Positions 1 through 11,986 of a stretch of 64,000 nt of DNA are shown piece by piece. Below the pieces are notes generated by a model. The model did not search any database, was not told where the DNA came from, and saw nothing but the letters and a program-made list of their open reading frames with translations. This DNA is from Camelus dromedarius (Eukaryota): positions 36,828,001-36,892,000 of the forward strand of contig NC_087444.1 in NCBI RefSeq assembly GCF_036321535.1, read 5' to 3'. The translations under genes and the position numbers were made by a program. How positions within the stretch are numbered: the first letter of the stretch is position 1; each line of letters starts with the position of its first letter.

Positions 1-3000
1 GCAGGGGTACCTAGTCTTCATGGCCTCCTAACCAGCGTCAGGCCCGGCCCTCAGGGCCAAGGTGAGAACATGGAAGCAAGCCATGATGCTCCAGCAGGTG
101 GCGCCAAAGGGCACAGCAGAGGGATGGGGCTTGGCTAGGGGCTCTGAAGACTTCTTGGAGGAAGTGGCTTTCTAAACTCTGACCCGAGACTTTTGTGGGC
201 CCAAGCTGAGTCTTGAAGGCACAGAGTGAGTGTGGGCCTCTGGGCAGAGGAATACAGACTGCCCCACTCCCACCCAACGAGGGCCTCTTTGTCCTGGCGG
301 GCAGACGCCTGTCCACTCCCCAGCTGTCTTCCTCTGGAGGGAGATGCTGACCAGCTGGAACCTCATTCTCTCCTATTAAGGCCAAATGAGGGGAGGACTG
401 GTGGAGTGGCTTTCTGGGGGCAGGGAGGCAGCTGCTGAAGCCAGGCAAGGAGAATGAGGATTTCCCTGCCTGCTGCAGGCCTTTGCCTTGGGAGAAAAGC
501 AGATAGCTGGGCCAGCATCATCTCTGCCATGCTCTGCCTCCTTTCATCCCAGGAAAGGAGATTCTAGCTCTCATTGGGCAGGAGAGAAAAATAGGGGCTG
601 CAACCGTAGCAACCTTGTAGTTGACCCAGGGGGAGGGAGGTGCTGAGCCTGGCACGGGATCATCCAAGGCTGGCCTAGCCTGGGTTAGAAGGAGGCCTCG
701 CAAGGGGCTAGGGAGCTTTACTTGGCTTAGCATTTCCCTTGGTGCTCAGCCAGGACTTCTAGCAGGAGAGTCTGGGGACAGCCAAGGGGGTGCTACCATC
801 AGCCCCCACATCTGCTGTCAGGGCTAAAAAGTGAATCATAGCTGGCCTGTTCCACATCATTGGAGGGACAGCAGCAAAGCCAGACAGTGGAGTCGTCCCA
901 CAGGGCTCTCCTCTGAGGCCGGTTGGGACTCTGAGGAGGGCCTAGGCACCTCCCTTGGGCCCTGACCCCAACCCCCCCCCCCCCAACATAAGCAAATACC
1001 CTGTGGTGCAAGGAGTGATGAGGTTTAGAAAAAGGAAATGGACTTGTGGGGATCCCTCTGAGAAGACAAGGCTGGATGAGGAGTGTTGAGTCAGGGCATG
1101 GGGACCTGGATGTGGGTGGAGGTGCGTGGACACTGGCCAAGGGGACACAGTACTCCTCTGCTTTATGGTGTTGCAGGGCCTAGGGCCTGCACGCTCTGTG
1201 CCTTGAATCCTCTGACAGTGGGGCTGGTGATGCAGGTGGTTGTGATCAGTTTGATAGTACAGTTGTAATAGATACAGTGTTCTCCTCCCGTCCCCCTTAC
1301 CATCCAAAGTCTTGTGAGAATATAAAAGAGTATCCCTTCAGGTTCAGGAGTCAAGTCTTTGTGGCTGTCTCAGTGCTGGAGTGGGGCTGATGGGGTACGA
1401 GTGGAGTGTTATGAGAGGTGGCATATAGCGGGTCCTGGGGTACATAAGATTCTGGAGGAGTCATGGTCAAGAGGGATGTGCTACCCAGGGTAGAGACAGT
1501 GCAGGCTGGTGTTGGATACCAAGGCACAAGCTCTGGCGGACTCTCTCTGAGGTCCCTCTGCTCTGCCAGCTCTGTCAGTTCGGGGGTGAAATGCTGGCCA
1601 TTTGGGCCCCTTGGCTTGCGGCTGCAAATGGGCCCTGCCTGAAGTCCTCAGTTTGAGAAGGCGGGCTTGTCCCTTCTCAGCACACATCCTGTAGTTGACT
1701 GAGCCAGATTGGAGGTGGAGAGAGGGCAGCTGCCTGGGCCCAAACCCAGGAGAGCAGAGGTTATAGCAGGGTGCTGGGCTGGGTGGGAACTTAGGGAGTA
1801 TGCAGCAAGCAGTGGGGACGAGGGTGGGGGTGGGAGTGTAGGGGTCAGGCCAGGACAGGAGCTGTGGCTTCTTCCTCTTGCTGTCTTCCTAGCGGGCCCT
1901 GTGGGAGCTCCCCCAATCACCAGCCCTCTAAGTTGAGGCCTCGGCCACCACCTCCTTTCCTTTCTTCCCTTGGTATTGGGGGCCATTTCCCACCTTGTAC
2001 AGCCTCAGCACTAGGTGCTCAAGGTACTGTCACAGGACAGGGGCCTAGCTGTGGCCCACCCAGAAGCTATGGCAGGGCCGTGCTCAGTGCCCAGTTCAGG
2101 GAGCAGCCTCCAGCCCAACTCATACCCTTCAATGGGTGTCTCGCTCGGGTCTTGAAGCTCTTTTCCCCGGGCCTCATCCAGCTGCCTTATACCCGGATTT
2201 CATCACTGGTGACATGCTGGTGGAACACTATGGCTACTGTAGCATGACTGTGGCCTGGGGCCCTCTCTCCCTTTTCACCCCATCTCCACACAGGTGACTA
2301 CACAGAACTCAACCCCAGCTCCTTTGAGGCATTGTCTTAATGGATGGAGGTAGGGCTTGCCCCTTGTCAAGTGTGAACTGGGCAGCCCCAGCCCTTCCCA
2401 GCTCCACAGCCCCCCCTGCTGCCCATGCACCATGCAGAGCTGGCCTCTTGTGCCAGAGGGGACCTCTGAGCCCAGGATCCCTTCCAGAATTCCTGGGTGG
2501 ATGTCTGGCCTGGGCCTCAGGCCCTAAAGGTGGAGGCAGTGCCCTGTTTTTGGTGTGGGCTACGCAGGGCAGCTGTCTACCTACTCATCTCAGCCTGACC
2601 TGTGTCCTTACTCCAGAGGGGCCTTCTCATTGGGTCCTCTCTGGCCTTCCCTAGAGCAGCTTCTTCTCACCCCACTCCTCTTCTTTCCGTCTCCCCCTCC
2701 CTCTCTGTCCCCACCCAGCAGCCAGCGTGACCCTAACTGGGCTGTGGTACTCCTTGCTTATACCTTGCTTGTGGACCTCTCATGCTCAAAAAGAAGTCAG
2801 GACCCTCAGTCGGGCCCACAGGACCTGCCTCCAGGCTCCAGTCTGCTGGCAGCACTGCCCCGGTTCCCTTCTCTCTGCCAACCCAGACCATGCTCAGTTC
2901 CCTCGAATGCGTCTGCCATTCAGCAGATGCCTCCAGGTCTTTGCACACACTATTCCCTCTACCCAGAACACACCTTCATCTCCTAGTCCTCTCATCCCCC

Positions 3001-3324
3001 AGGCTAGCCTGGGCGCCGTACCTCTGTGTGCCTCTGCTGCCTGTGTCCTGCCACTGTGCACAGCTGTGGGGGTATTTACTCCCTTTTTCCTGATCACTTG
3101 TGGGGCATGAATTCTGCCCCACCTTGACCACTAGGGAGGTGCCATGTCTGTCCTGTGCTCCTGATGCCAGAGGACTGGCACACTTGGGCAGGGAGAGGTC
3201 CCTGAGGCATAGCTCACCATTGAGGGGTTGGTGGCCTGTGCGGGTTTGGGGCAGGGGCGTGGTACTATGCCAGGACTCCCACAGCTCCACTCAAGGGTTG
3301 CCCTGCTGTTGTTGCCTCCCGCAG

Positions 3325-3503
3325 TTACAGCTACATGATTGACAACGTAATCCTACTCATCACGGGCACGCTGCACCAGCGCTCTATCTCCGAGCTTGTG
3401 CCCAAGTGCCACCCACTAGGCAGCTTTGAGCAGATGGAGGCCGTGAACATCGCACAGACACCCGCTGAGCTCTACAATGCCATTCTGGTGGACACGCCCC
3501 TGG
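3325..3503 (+). CDS. ATP6V0D1: V-type proton ATPase subunit d1, internal coding exon (human exon 3 equivalent)
   Basis: cag|TTACAGCTACATG...CTGG|gtgag; 179 nt; encodes [59 protein letters not shown]. Upstream exons lie outside the window. Confidence 0.97.
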
Positions 3504-4880
3504 GTGAGCTGCCGCGGTGGAGGAGGGAGGAGGCATGTGCAGTGGCATCAGTATCAGAGCCTCTCTGTGGGGTTTGCAGACCCCTGGCAGGTGGCCCTGA
3601 GCTAGAAAGCGAGGCCTGTCCACTGCTGTTTACCTTTCTCTTTCCTTCCACTTCACCTCCCATTCTCTCCTCTTTACCCTGCCTTCTGCTCCCTTCATAT
3701 TGCTTTTGCTGGGCCAAGCAGGCTGACTCGGATCATCTAACTTTGTGAAACTGGTTGATTTCTCAGAATGCAGAGCAGGGCTGAGCTCACGGATAGTAGA
3801 AAGAGGGGCCTATGTCCCTTGGAGTCTTGGGAGCTCTAGCAGACCGTGGGCCTAAGCTGGACTGGAGTGGTTGGCTGCCCATGAGGCAAAGGAGAAGCAA
3901 ACAGTTTCACTTGCCTCCACTGAGCAGGTCCCAGGGGCCAAGTCAGGCAGTGTCCGGCAGGATGCAGACTTTATGTCAGAGGCCAAGGAAGGAAGGGAAA
4001 CTGGGAGCTTCCTGCATGGTTCCGCCTAGGCAGCACTGGCTCCTACTTGCCTTGGAAGGAGGCTGGGGAGAAGCCAGTAAGGCAGTTACCAGCTAATGCC
4101 CTCATGGCCAGAGTCCTAGTCCCCAGGCACCACCTCCAGGAAGTCGCCAGGGTTGAGCTACTGTGCCATAAGCTGCACTTGGTCCTGCACTAAGAGGCCT
4201 GAGCCCTACCTGCTGGCCTTACCTGCCATAAACTCGCACAATAACTCTGAGCTAATTCTGGGCTGTTTGTGGCATCTTCAGTTTTGCCATCGTTAAAGAA
4301 GAAACAGACCAGTGAGTCCATGGGCCCCCTTGGGATCAGGGGCATCTATCCTGCTCTGGTCTCTAATTCCAGCCCTGCAGTGACACCAGGGGTCACTGGT
4401 CCATGCTCACCCAACTTTCATACTCATTCCTTGTCCTAAGAGAAGGATAGTTTTTCAGATGTGGGCCCCAGGCCCTCCTGGGAGATGCAGAGAAGTGGGC
4501 GTCAGGCCCCGAATCCACAGCTGTCCCTCGAGAAGGGAGGATGTCACAGCCGCTTATGCAAGCCTTTCTTTGGCATGGTCTGAGCTTGGGTCTGCCCCAG
4601 AGGTGATTAGATCATGTTGTGGCTGGCCGCCTCTTTTATAAATCAATTTTAGGAGCGAGAAAGCAAGAGAAGCTCAGGTCAGTGCACATGGCCCGGAGTA
4701 TTGCTTCTGCCACTTCTAAGGCAATAGTCCAGGCTGGGTTGGGGGCCCGCCAGTACCCAATCAGATGGGCCTTGTAGCAGGGATCCTCTGTGCCCTGCAG
4801 CGGTGGTTGAACAACAGCAGGATTGTTGCCTAGGCTAAGTCCACTCGCCCACTTGTCACAGCCTGGTCTTTCCTCCCTAG

Positions 4881-4960
4881 CGGCTTTTTTCCAGGACTGC
4901 ATCTCAGAACAGGACCTTGATGAGATGAACATCGAGATCATCCGCAACACTCTCTACAAG
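4881..4960 (+). CDS. ATP6V0D1: ATP6V0D1 coding exon 4
   Basis: tag|CGGCTTTTTTC...TACAAG|gtagt; 80 nt; [26 protein letters not shown]; in frame with neighbouring exons. Confidence 0.97.
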
Positions 4961-7900
4961 GTAGTCCCCCCAACCCAGCGGGCGTGAAGGAAGTGGGTAG
5001 GGCCGTGGGCGTGGTGGGCTGGTGATTTCTGTGGGGTGCTGGGACAGGATGCAGCTGTACCAGGCTCCTATCCTCGGGGCTTATCCACTCACTTTCTGGC
5101 TCCTGTGACTGGCGCAAGACTGCATGGAACAGGTTCTCCATCCCTCGGGCCCGGATAAGATCAGCAAGAGTGGCTGGTGTTCCACAGCTTGGTCTGTCAG
5201 AGCTGGCTCCTGAATGGCCACTCCCCCTGCATCCAGGAGGGTTATGGGCCACCACCTAGGCTGTAGCTCTCAGGCTCACCCCACCTGGACTGTCGCCAGC
5301 AAGGACAGGCACCTGAGCATGGTAGGGGGAAGGGCACAGCCAGACATTATCAGGTCCCTGTGTGCCTCCCGGGTTCTCGGTCTACAGCCAGTGTCACGTC
5401 CCACCATCTTCGACCCCACCCACCTTCTGCTTCCCACCAGGCTGTGGCACAAGCTAGTGGCCCCTGGAAATAGAGTGGGCTTGGGATTCCAGGGTCAGTA
5501 CTGCCCCTGCCTGAAGAATTTAGAAGCAGGACTGGACGCCAAGAAAGGGGGCTAGCCAGGGACCATTGAGGAACATTTGGAGCAGACTGGGCTCTGGCTG
5601 TGGTGAGGACCTCTGATGGGTTAGAAGTGGGCAGGCACTAAAGGGGGCCTGAAGATAGCGCTGGCCAACACAGCAGCCCTGCTGACCTAACCCTGGGAAT
5701 ATCTGTCTCTTGAATCTTTACAGTGAGACTCCTCTCCTGCCCTGGTTGGAGCTAGGTGGCCAATATAGCGGCAACCTGAGCCTAGGCCCTCTAGTCTCCC
5801 TGCAGGGGTCTGGGCCAGAGTGCAGGGAGGGTCTGGTGGCAGGTGAAGGGCCTACCTGGAGGTTGTAGTAGTGTAGGCAGGGGACAGCACATACAGAAGC
5901 AAGTGTGGAACACAGGCCAAGTGGCAGGCAGTTTGCTGTGGAAGTACCAGATAGATAGCAGGGGACAGGTCTGGGAAAAGAAGTCAGGCACAGGATCAAG
6001 TCACCCAGGGTTTGAATGCCAGGCCAGAAGTTTGAATTTTATTCTATGGGCAGGGTCAGCCAAGGAAGGTTTCCAACAGGGCACAGTATCAGAATGTCGA
6101 GGATAGACTAGAAGGGACAAGACTAGAGGTAGGAAAATTATGGAGTTCTCTACTCCTCAGGACTGCCCTGGGAGCTAGGTGGGCATCACTATCCCCACTT
6201 GTAAAGTGAGGAAACTGAGGGCTCAGAGAAGTAGTGTGGGTCACCTGAAGTCACTTGCTAGACACTGGCAGCACTGGGCATCACACCTGGCTGTGAGCAA
6301 AGCAAGTGCCCTTATCTACCCACTAATAGGGAGAGAAAGAGGGAGATGGGGACAAAGAGGCAAGGGGGGCAGGGGGGTGAAGCAGTGAGAGCCAGCACGC
6401 GTGTGCTAGTGCTCATGCTCGGTCTCTCTCTTTGCCTCTCCCCTGCTAGTGCTCCTGCCCACCCAGCTGGCCCGTTGCCGGTTTCCCTGCCCTGAGGCAG
6501 GGTGAGGGGTGTGGCTGTCCCCCAGCCTTACCCACACCCTCACCGGGCCTGACTGGTTCTAACTGGAGTCACTGGCGAGGGCTGCTTGGGCACCAGCTTG
6601 TAAACACCGATTTAATGCTGCAGGCACCATGCCAGGACCGCCTGTCAGGCGATGTCCCAGCCCAGTGGCCACAGATGGGAGATTAGGTGGACCCCCACTG
6701 GTGGGTGGGAACTGTAGGCAGCTGGTGCAGCAGCCATGGGCTGACAGACTCCAGGGGACAGGGTGGGGGTGGGAAGGTGACCTTGGTTCCTGGGCCTTTG
6801 GGGTCTTGCCATCCAGTTTCTTCAGCTGCCCTAGCCTCCAGAAGAGAGTCCAGGCCTATTCCACTAGCCTCCACCACCCTGGGGTCAGCCTCTCCAGGAA
6901 TCAGTCCAACTCAGTGAAGGCTGGTGGCTTCCCCAACAGATAGGAACTGCAGGCCCCACTGGGGCAGACCTGGAGACTTGGACACAGCCAGCTTGACTGG
7001 CCACAGGTAAGGAGGTGGCTGGGGACAGTCCCAGAGGACTAAACAGTACCACCAAGCCAAGGGAGTATCGGCAGCTGTTTCTGCCACCCAAGCCCTCTGA
7101 CTCCTAGGATCCACTGAGCTGTGGTCTACTCTCCCCTTCCAGGCTTCTTACTCTCTGACCTGTCCTAGACTTTTGTTTCTTGCAACCCCAGTGGTTACCT
7201 CAGGTCTTCCCCTGGGCCCAGCTTGCCCAGTGCTGCTGCCTAGGCTTGGCCTGGGCTCATGGACTCCCAGGCCCCATCTCACCTCTGCTCTTAGGGCAGT
7301 AGAACCAGTGGCTCACATCAACGAGTGGTGGATGGAAAGTTCTCTGCACGTTGGAGGGCAGACCTTGGCATAGAAAGCTTTCCCTGTCTCCTAGCTCTCA
7401 CTCCCAGCTCAGAAGAATAGTCTCCAGCCTGTGGAGCTAGAGTCCCCATGGCTTGTGGTACCCAGGATGGTCTGAGTAAAAGCAACTCCCCCGGGGCCAT
7501 GAGCCTGTCACCACTTCCTTGACATGGAGAGGTTCTGGGACAGAAGACTGGCCCAGCTGGTTTCAGGAGTGAGTCCTGGGAGGAAACTGAGGCCTGGGCT
7601 GACCTGGCTTCTCCTCATGCCCGGCAGATCCAATTTGCCTGGGCAGGAAGTGCTTGTTCCTGCCAGCAGTCCGCGTGTCTAGCCATCGCACTGCAGGGCT
7701 GACGTCCGTGCGGGCAATAACCATCCCTCAGCGGGAACTGTGCTGACAGTTTGGTTCCTGCTGTGTGATGCCTGGGAACTACCTGGGGGATGGGAGAAAG
7801 AGGAGGTGCTCTTTAAGGTGGGCTACTGAGAGGGGCCAGGGCACCCAGTCCAGGCCATCTCCTTGAACTCTCTGGCCCATTATCACATTCCTCACTAGCC

Positions 7901-8294
7901 CATTATCACATGGTTTTCTGAGGCTGAAGAGAAATTTGGGGGAAAGGCAGGCAGAGCAGCAGGGGGAAGACAGAATCCTTCTCTGAGCCTAGTCCTCTGT
8001 GGGATGAGGGTGTGAGGGACACCATACCATTAAGCAGACAATTGACCAGAAATTGCTCTGTCACTGCTGGGTCAAGGGAGGCAGCAGGCCACTGCTGCTT
8101 GGCTGATTAACAGTTGGAAATCTGTGGATGTTCAGGGCTTTGACATGGGTGCTGCCCTGGTCAATCCATGGGTGTAATGTTTGGATTCACCATGAAAGGG
8201 GCCAGGGAGGGAAGGAGGGAACTGTGTGGAGGATGCCTGACAAGCCCCCCCAAGCCTCCCTACCCAGACTGAGCAAGTCCAATGCTCTGCACAG

Positions 8295-8372
8295 GCCTAC
8301 CTGGAGTCCTTCTACAAGTTCTGCACCCTACTGGGAGGGACCACAGCTGACGCTATGTGCCCCATCCTGGAG
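8295..8372 (+). CDS. ATP6V0D1: ATP6V0D1 coding exon 5
   Basis: cag|GCCTAC...CTGGAG|gtgag; 78 nt; [26 protein letters not shown]. Confidence 0.97.
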
Positions 8373-8499
8373 GTGAGTGTCTGTTCACCCTTCCGCCTGC
8401 TAGTCCCCTATAGCCCTGACCTGGGAGAAGCCCTGCCAACTGACTGGCTACTGCATCCCTCCCTGTCCCTCTCTCCTTGCCTGTGCACTGGCCCCACAG

Positions 8500-8676
8500 T
8501 TTGAAGCAGATCGCCGCGCCTTCATCATCACCATCAACTCCTTCGGCACAGAGCTGTCCAAGGAGGACCGTGCCAAGCTCTTTCCGCACTGCGGACGGCT
8601 CTACCCTGAGGGCCTGGCCCAGCTGGCTCGGGCTGACGACTACGAGCAGGTCAAGAACGTGGCCGACTACTACCCG
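8500..8676 (+). CDS. ATP6V0D1: ATP6V0D1 coding exon 6
   Basis: cag|TTTGAA...TACCCG|gtgag; 177 nt; [59 protein letters not shown]. Confidence 0.97.
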
Positions 8677-8784
8677 GTGAGTGCCCTGGCTGTAGGAGGT
8701 GGGCAGGCATGTTGGCATCAACATCCTCACCCCATACCTAACAGCACCCTCGTACTCATGCTTCCCCCGACTCCCCTGGGCCAG

Positions 8785-8862
8785 GAGTACAAGCTGCTCT
8801 TCGAGGGCGCAGGCAGCAACCCCGGAGACAAGACCCTGGAGGACCGATTCTTTGAGCACGAG
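8785..8862 (+). CDS. ATP6V0D1: ATP6V0D1 coding exon 7
   Basis: cag|GAGTAC...CACGAG|gtgag; 78 nt; [26 protein letters not shown]. Confidence 0.97.
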
Positions 8863-8958
8863 GTGAGTGCCAGGCCTGCCTGATATAGGGAGGGGTTGGT
8901 GGCTTAGGCCTGACTTTGGTCACGGCCACCTACACACCACTCCTGCCTCTGTCCGCAG

Positions 8959-9120
8959 GTGAAACTGAACAAGTTGGCCTTCCTGAACCAGTTCCACTTT
9001 GGTGTTTTCTATGCCTTTGTGAAGCTCAAGGAGCAGGAGTGTCGCAACATTGTATGGATTGCCGAGTGCATCGCCCAGCGCCACCGCGCCAAGATTGACA
9101 ACTACATCCCCATATTCTAG
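8959..9120 (+). CDS. ATP6V0D1: ATP6V0D1 terminal coding exon 8
   Basis: cag|GTGAAA...TTCTAG; [53 protein letters not shown]. Confidence 0.97.
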   Translation: MKLNKLAFLNQFHFGVFYAFVKLKEQECRNIVWIAECIAQRHRAKIDNYIPIF

Positions 9121-9534
9121 CACCCTGGCCCATGGCTCCCCACATGTGTGTGTCTGTGTGTGCTGTGACAAAGCTCATGGCTCACCTACCTGCCTGGGGG
9201 GTAGCACACTGTCCTGGCGGCTTCCTGGCTTCCCTGACCCTCTCTGAGACTGCTCTTGGGCCTGAAAAGGGGCTGGGCACCTGTTCCCCCTACCAAGGAT
9301 GGACCAAGTCCCTCACCTCCAGAGCAAGGAGGCCCCCTCAGCCCTATGTTTACAGCCACTGACATGTCTGAGAAGCATGTGGTCACTTTTGTGTCCTTCC
9401 CTAACCTGAGAACCCCTGGGGGCAGTGTGAGCTTCCTCTCCCCTCAGTGGGTCCCCCTAGAGCCATGGCCCAGGGGCAGGATAGAGTGTGTGTGTCCTTG
9501 GGGTGTAGGGGAAGTAGCGCTGCCCCTCAGGGAC

Positions 9535-9540
9535 AATAAA
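9535..9540 (+). terminator. ATP6V0D1: Polyadenylation signal of ATP6V0D1
   Basis: First AATAAA about 415 nt after the stop, followed by CT/GT-rich sequence. Confidence 0.8.
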
Positions 9541-10080
9541 AACTGCCCTCTCTAAGCCCAGCTGTCTTCTGTCTCCTTTGGGTCCTAGTCTTCCCAGATC
9601 CCCAGCTATGCTCAGGCCCCACTCTTGCTGAGCCCATCCCCATCTAAGCCTTCTACCTCCCTTCCTCAGTTGGCAGCTCCAGGCTGGCCCTCTCCCCGTG
9701 TGGCCAGATTCCGCAGGGTGGGGGAAGTCAGGCGAGGATAGCCTCTTCCTCTGCTGGAGGCTCTGACAGGCCTGTGTAGCTGGGTCCTGACCCTGGAGAG
9801 CCCCCAGGCCTCCCTGTTTGCTTCACTGAGCTCCACAACTCCCTTGGCCAGGGTTATTGTCCCCATTTCACTATGAGGAAACCCAAACCATGGATACATG
9901 ATCGGCCCAAAGTAGCTGAAGGGGTTAAGTGTAAACTGGAATCTGTCCAGAGCTTCAGCCTCTGTGCTCAGTGGTTCCCCAGGCAGTTTCCAGGCTGTCA
10001 CACAGCCACAGCATGTTACGTAGGCAGTCACCTCCTCCAAACATAGCATCTCCCCATTCTAGGAGAAATAAAAATTTGTC

Positions 10081-10086
10081 TTTATT
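10081..10086 (-). terminator. HSD11B2: Polyadenylation signal of HSD11B2
   Basis: tttatt on + (AATAAA on -), about 510 nt past the HSD11B2 stop. Confidence 0.75.
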
Positions 10087-10595
10087 CCAAAAGTGGCGAT
10101 CAGGCAAGTAGGGTTTGCAGCCTCCCTGTGGCTTTGGGGGCTTGGGTGGGTGGTCAGGGCCCTAATTCTTGAGCCAGTCAAGAAACAGTTAGGATTCACC
10201 CTTTGAATCATGGCATGAGGCACTGGTGCCGAGAAATAATCCTGAGGGAGTCCCCAACCTACCCAATTACTCCTTAGTTTGCAGAGCACTGTCTGCAGGA
10301 TCCTGTCAAAGGCTACAGTTAAGTCTTGCACAGAACTCCCCATCCAGCTGGGTTCTCCAAGCTGTGTAGTGGAGCCTTGTGCCCAGGAGGGTCTGTTTGG
10401 GCTCATGAAGCAGAAGAGGCCCAGAGGTTCACTGGGAGGCCTCACCTCACCAGGCCTGCCCTGTGACATCAGCAGTGGGTGGGACTTCGGTCTCTTAGGT
10501 CAGGATCTAGGATAGACCTGGGGGTCAGAATGCCCAGGGGAGGACTAAGGGCAGATGGGACCTCCTTTGCTGGAGCAGCTATGAGCACACACTGC

Positions 10596-11008
10596 TCATT
10601 GGGCAGTGGGGGAAGGGCTGGGGTTTGGGTCTGGGCCGTGAGCTACATCCTGGGCAGAGGTAAGGCTGGGCTGGCCAGGCTGCAGTGCTCTTGGCACAGA
10701 GGGACTGATGAAGAAGGACTGCAGGAAACGGCGCCGCAGGCCCTCAGGCAGGTAGTAGTGGATGAAGTACATGATTCCCAGGCCATGGCCTGGGTAATAG
10801 CGGTGGTGTGGCTGAACCGCCAGCAGTGCATCGGTGATGGCATCTACGACCGGGCTGAGGTCTGGCAGTGCCTGGCTCAGACTATGCAGGAACTGCCCAC
10901 TCAAGTGCTCAACATAGTCCTCACCGTAGGCCTGCAGCAGCTCTCGGGGCAGGTTGGCCAGCAGTTGCCGCTTGCGCTCTTCCCACTGGTCCACATTTTG
11001 CACTGACT
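10596..11008 (-). CDS. HSD11B2: 11-beta-hydroxysteroid dehydrogenase type 2, exon 5 (terminal)
   Basis: cag|AGTCAGTG...TGA; 413 nt; [21 protein letters not shown]...HHRYYPG...PSPTAQ*. Confidence 0.97.
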
Positions 11009-11221
11009 CTGGGGAAGGAGTGGTAAGGCCAGAGTGGGATCAGTTAGGGAAGCCAAAGCCAGACCCAGGTATCTAACCCATAACCTGAGACCTGTCCCTA
11101 GCCAAAGCTACGCCCATTCCTCAGACCCAACCTCACTCCAGGTAGGACCATGCTCATCCCCGCTTTCCCCCTCTCCCCCACAACCCCACCCAGGCCCCAC
11201 CCCAAAATCCCCAAACCTCAC

Positions 11222-11359
11222 CTGTCTTGAAGCAGGCAGGCTGGATGATGCTGACTTTGATCCCCCAGGGCAGAAGTTCACAGCTGAATGTGTCCATGAG
11301 TAATGCCAGGGCCGCTTTGGAGGTTCCATAGGTAGCCAAGCATGGAAATGGCATGTCTC
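11222..11359 (-). CDS. HSD11B2: HSD11B2 exon 4 (catalytic YxxxK)
   Basis: tag|GAGACATG...ACAG|gtgag; 138 nt; [45 protein letters not shown]; SDR motif YGTSK. Confidence 0.97.
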
Positions 11360-11466
11360 CTAGGGATGGATTGGGAGTGGGGCAGCTCAGCCTGGGCCAG
11401 GGTCTTCAGCATCTCTCCCCACCCTGCTGGGGCACCTTTCCTGCTCCAGTGTGGGAGGGCACTCAC

Positions 11467-11652
11467 CTGCTGGGCTGCTCACAGTCACGATGCGACCTCT
11501 CGAACGGCGTAGCAGAGGCAAGAGGCCCTTGGTCAGCTCAAGCGCACCGAAGAAGTTCACCTCCATGCTGTTGCGGAATGTGGCCACTGGAGACAGCTCC
11601 GCATCGGCCACAAGGATGTTCTGGCCCGCATTGTTGACCAGGCCCCACAGAC
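11467..11652 (-). CDS. HSD11B2: HSD11B2 exon 3
   Basis: cag|GTCTGTGG...GCAG|gtgag; 186 nt; LWGLVNNAG...RIVTVSSPA; SDR NNAG motif and catalytic Ser. Confidence 0.97.
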
Positions 11653-11773
11653 CTGAGGGCATGAAGCCAGGAGGGAAGCTGTGGATCAGCCCAGCAGCAA
11701 ACCTTCAAACCCTGACTGACTTTCTCACACCCACCGAGCCACACCCTTTCCTGGTGGAGCTGAGCCTCCTGAC

Positions 11774-11986
11774 CTGTGCTAGCAGTGTGGGTCTTGGTGA
11801 ACTCCAGTGTGCGGCTAATGTCCGCTGGCTTGGTCAGGTCCATCTGCAGCAGCTTTAGACGAGGGGAACAGCAGGCTTGCAGCTCTAGGGCACCAGGGCT
11901 ATCCAACTTCAGCACGGTGGCCAGCACTGTGAAGCCCATGGCGTCTAGCTTCTTGGCCGTCGCCTTGCCAAAACCAGAGTCACAAC
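11774..11986 (-). CDS. HSD11B2: HSD11B2 exon 2 (Rossmann fold)
   Basis: cag|GTTGTGAC...ACAG|gtcag; 213 nt; (TG)[36 protein letters not shown]...; TGxxxGxG motif. Confidence 0.97.

Noticed and set aside
7875-7911. 14-bp direct repeat gcccattatcacat with a 9-nt spacer
   Set aside because: Spacer matches no known RNA or element; best explained as a small slippage duplication.
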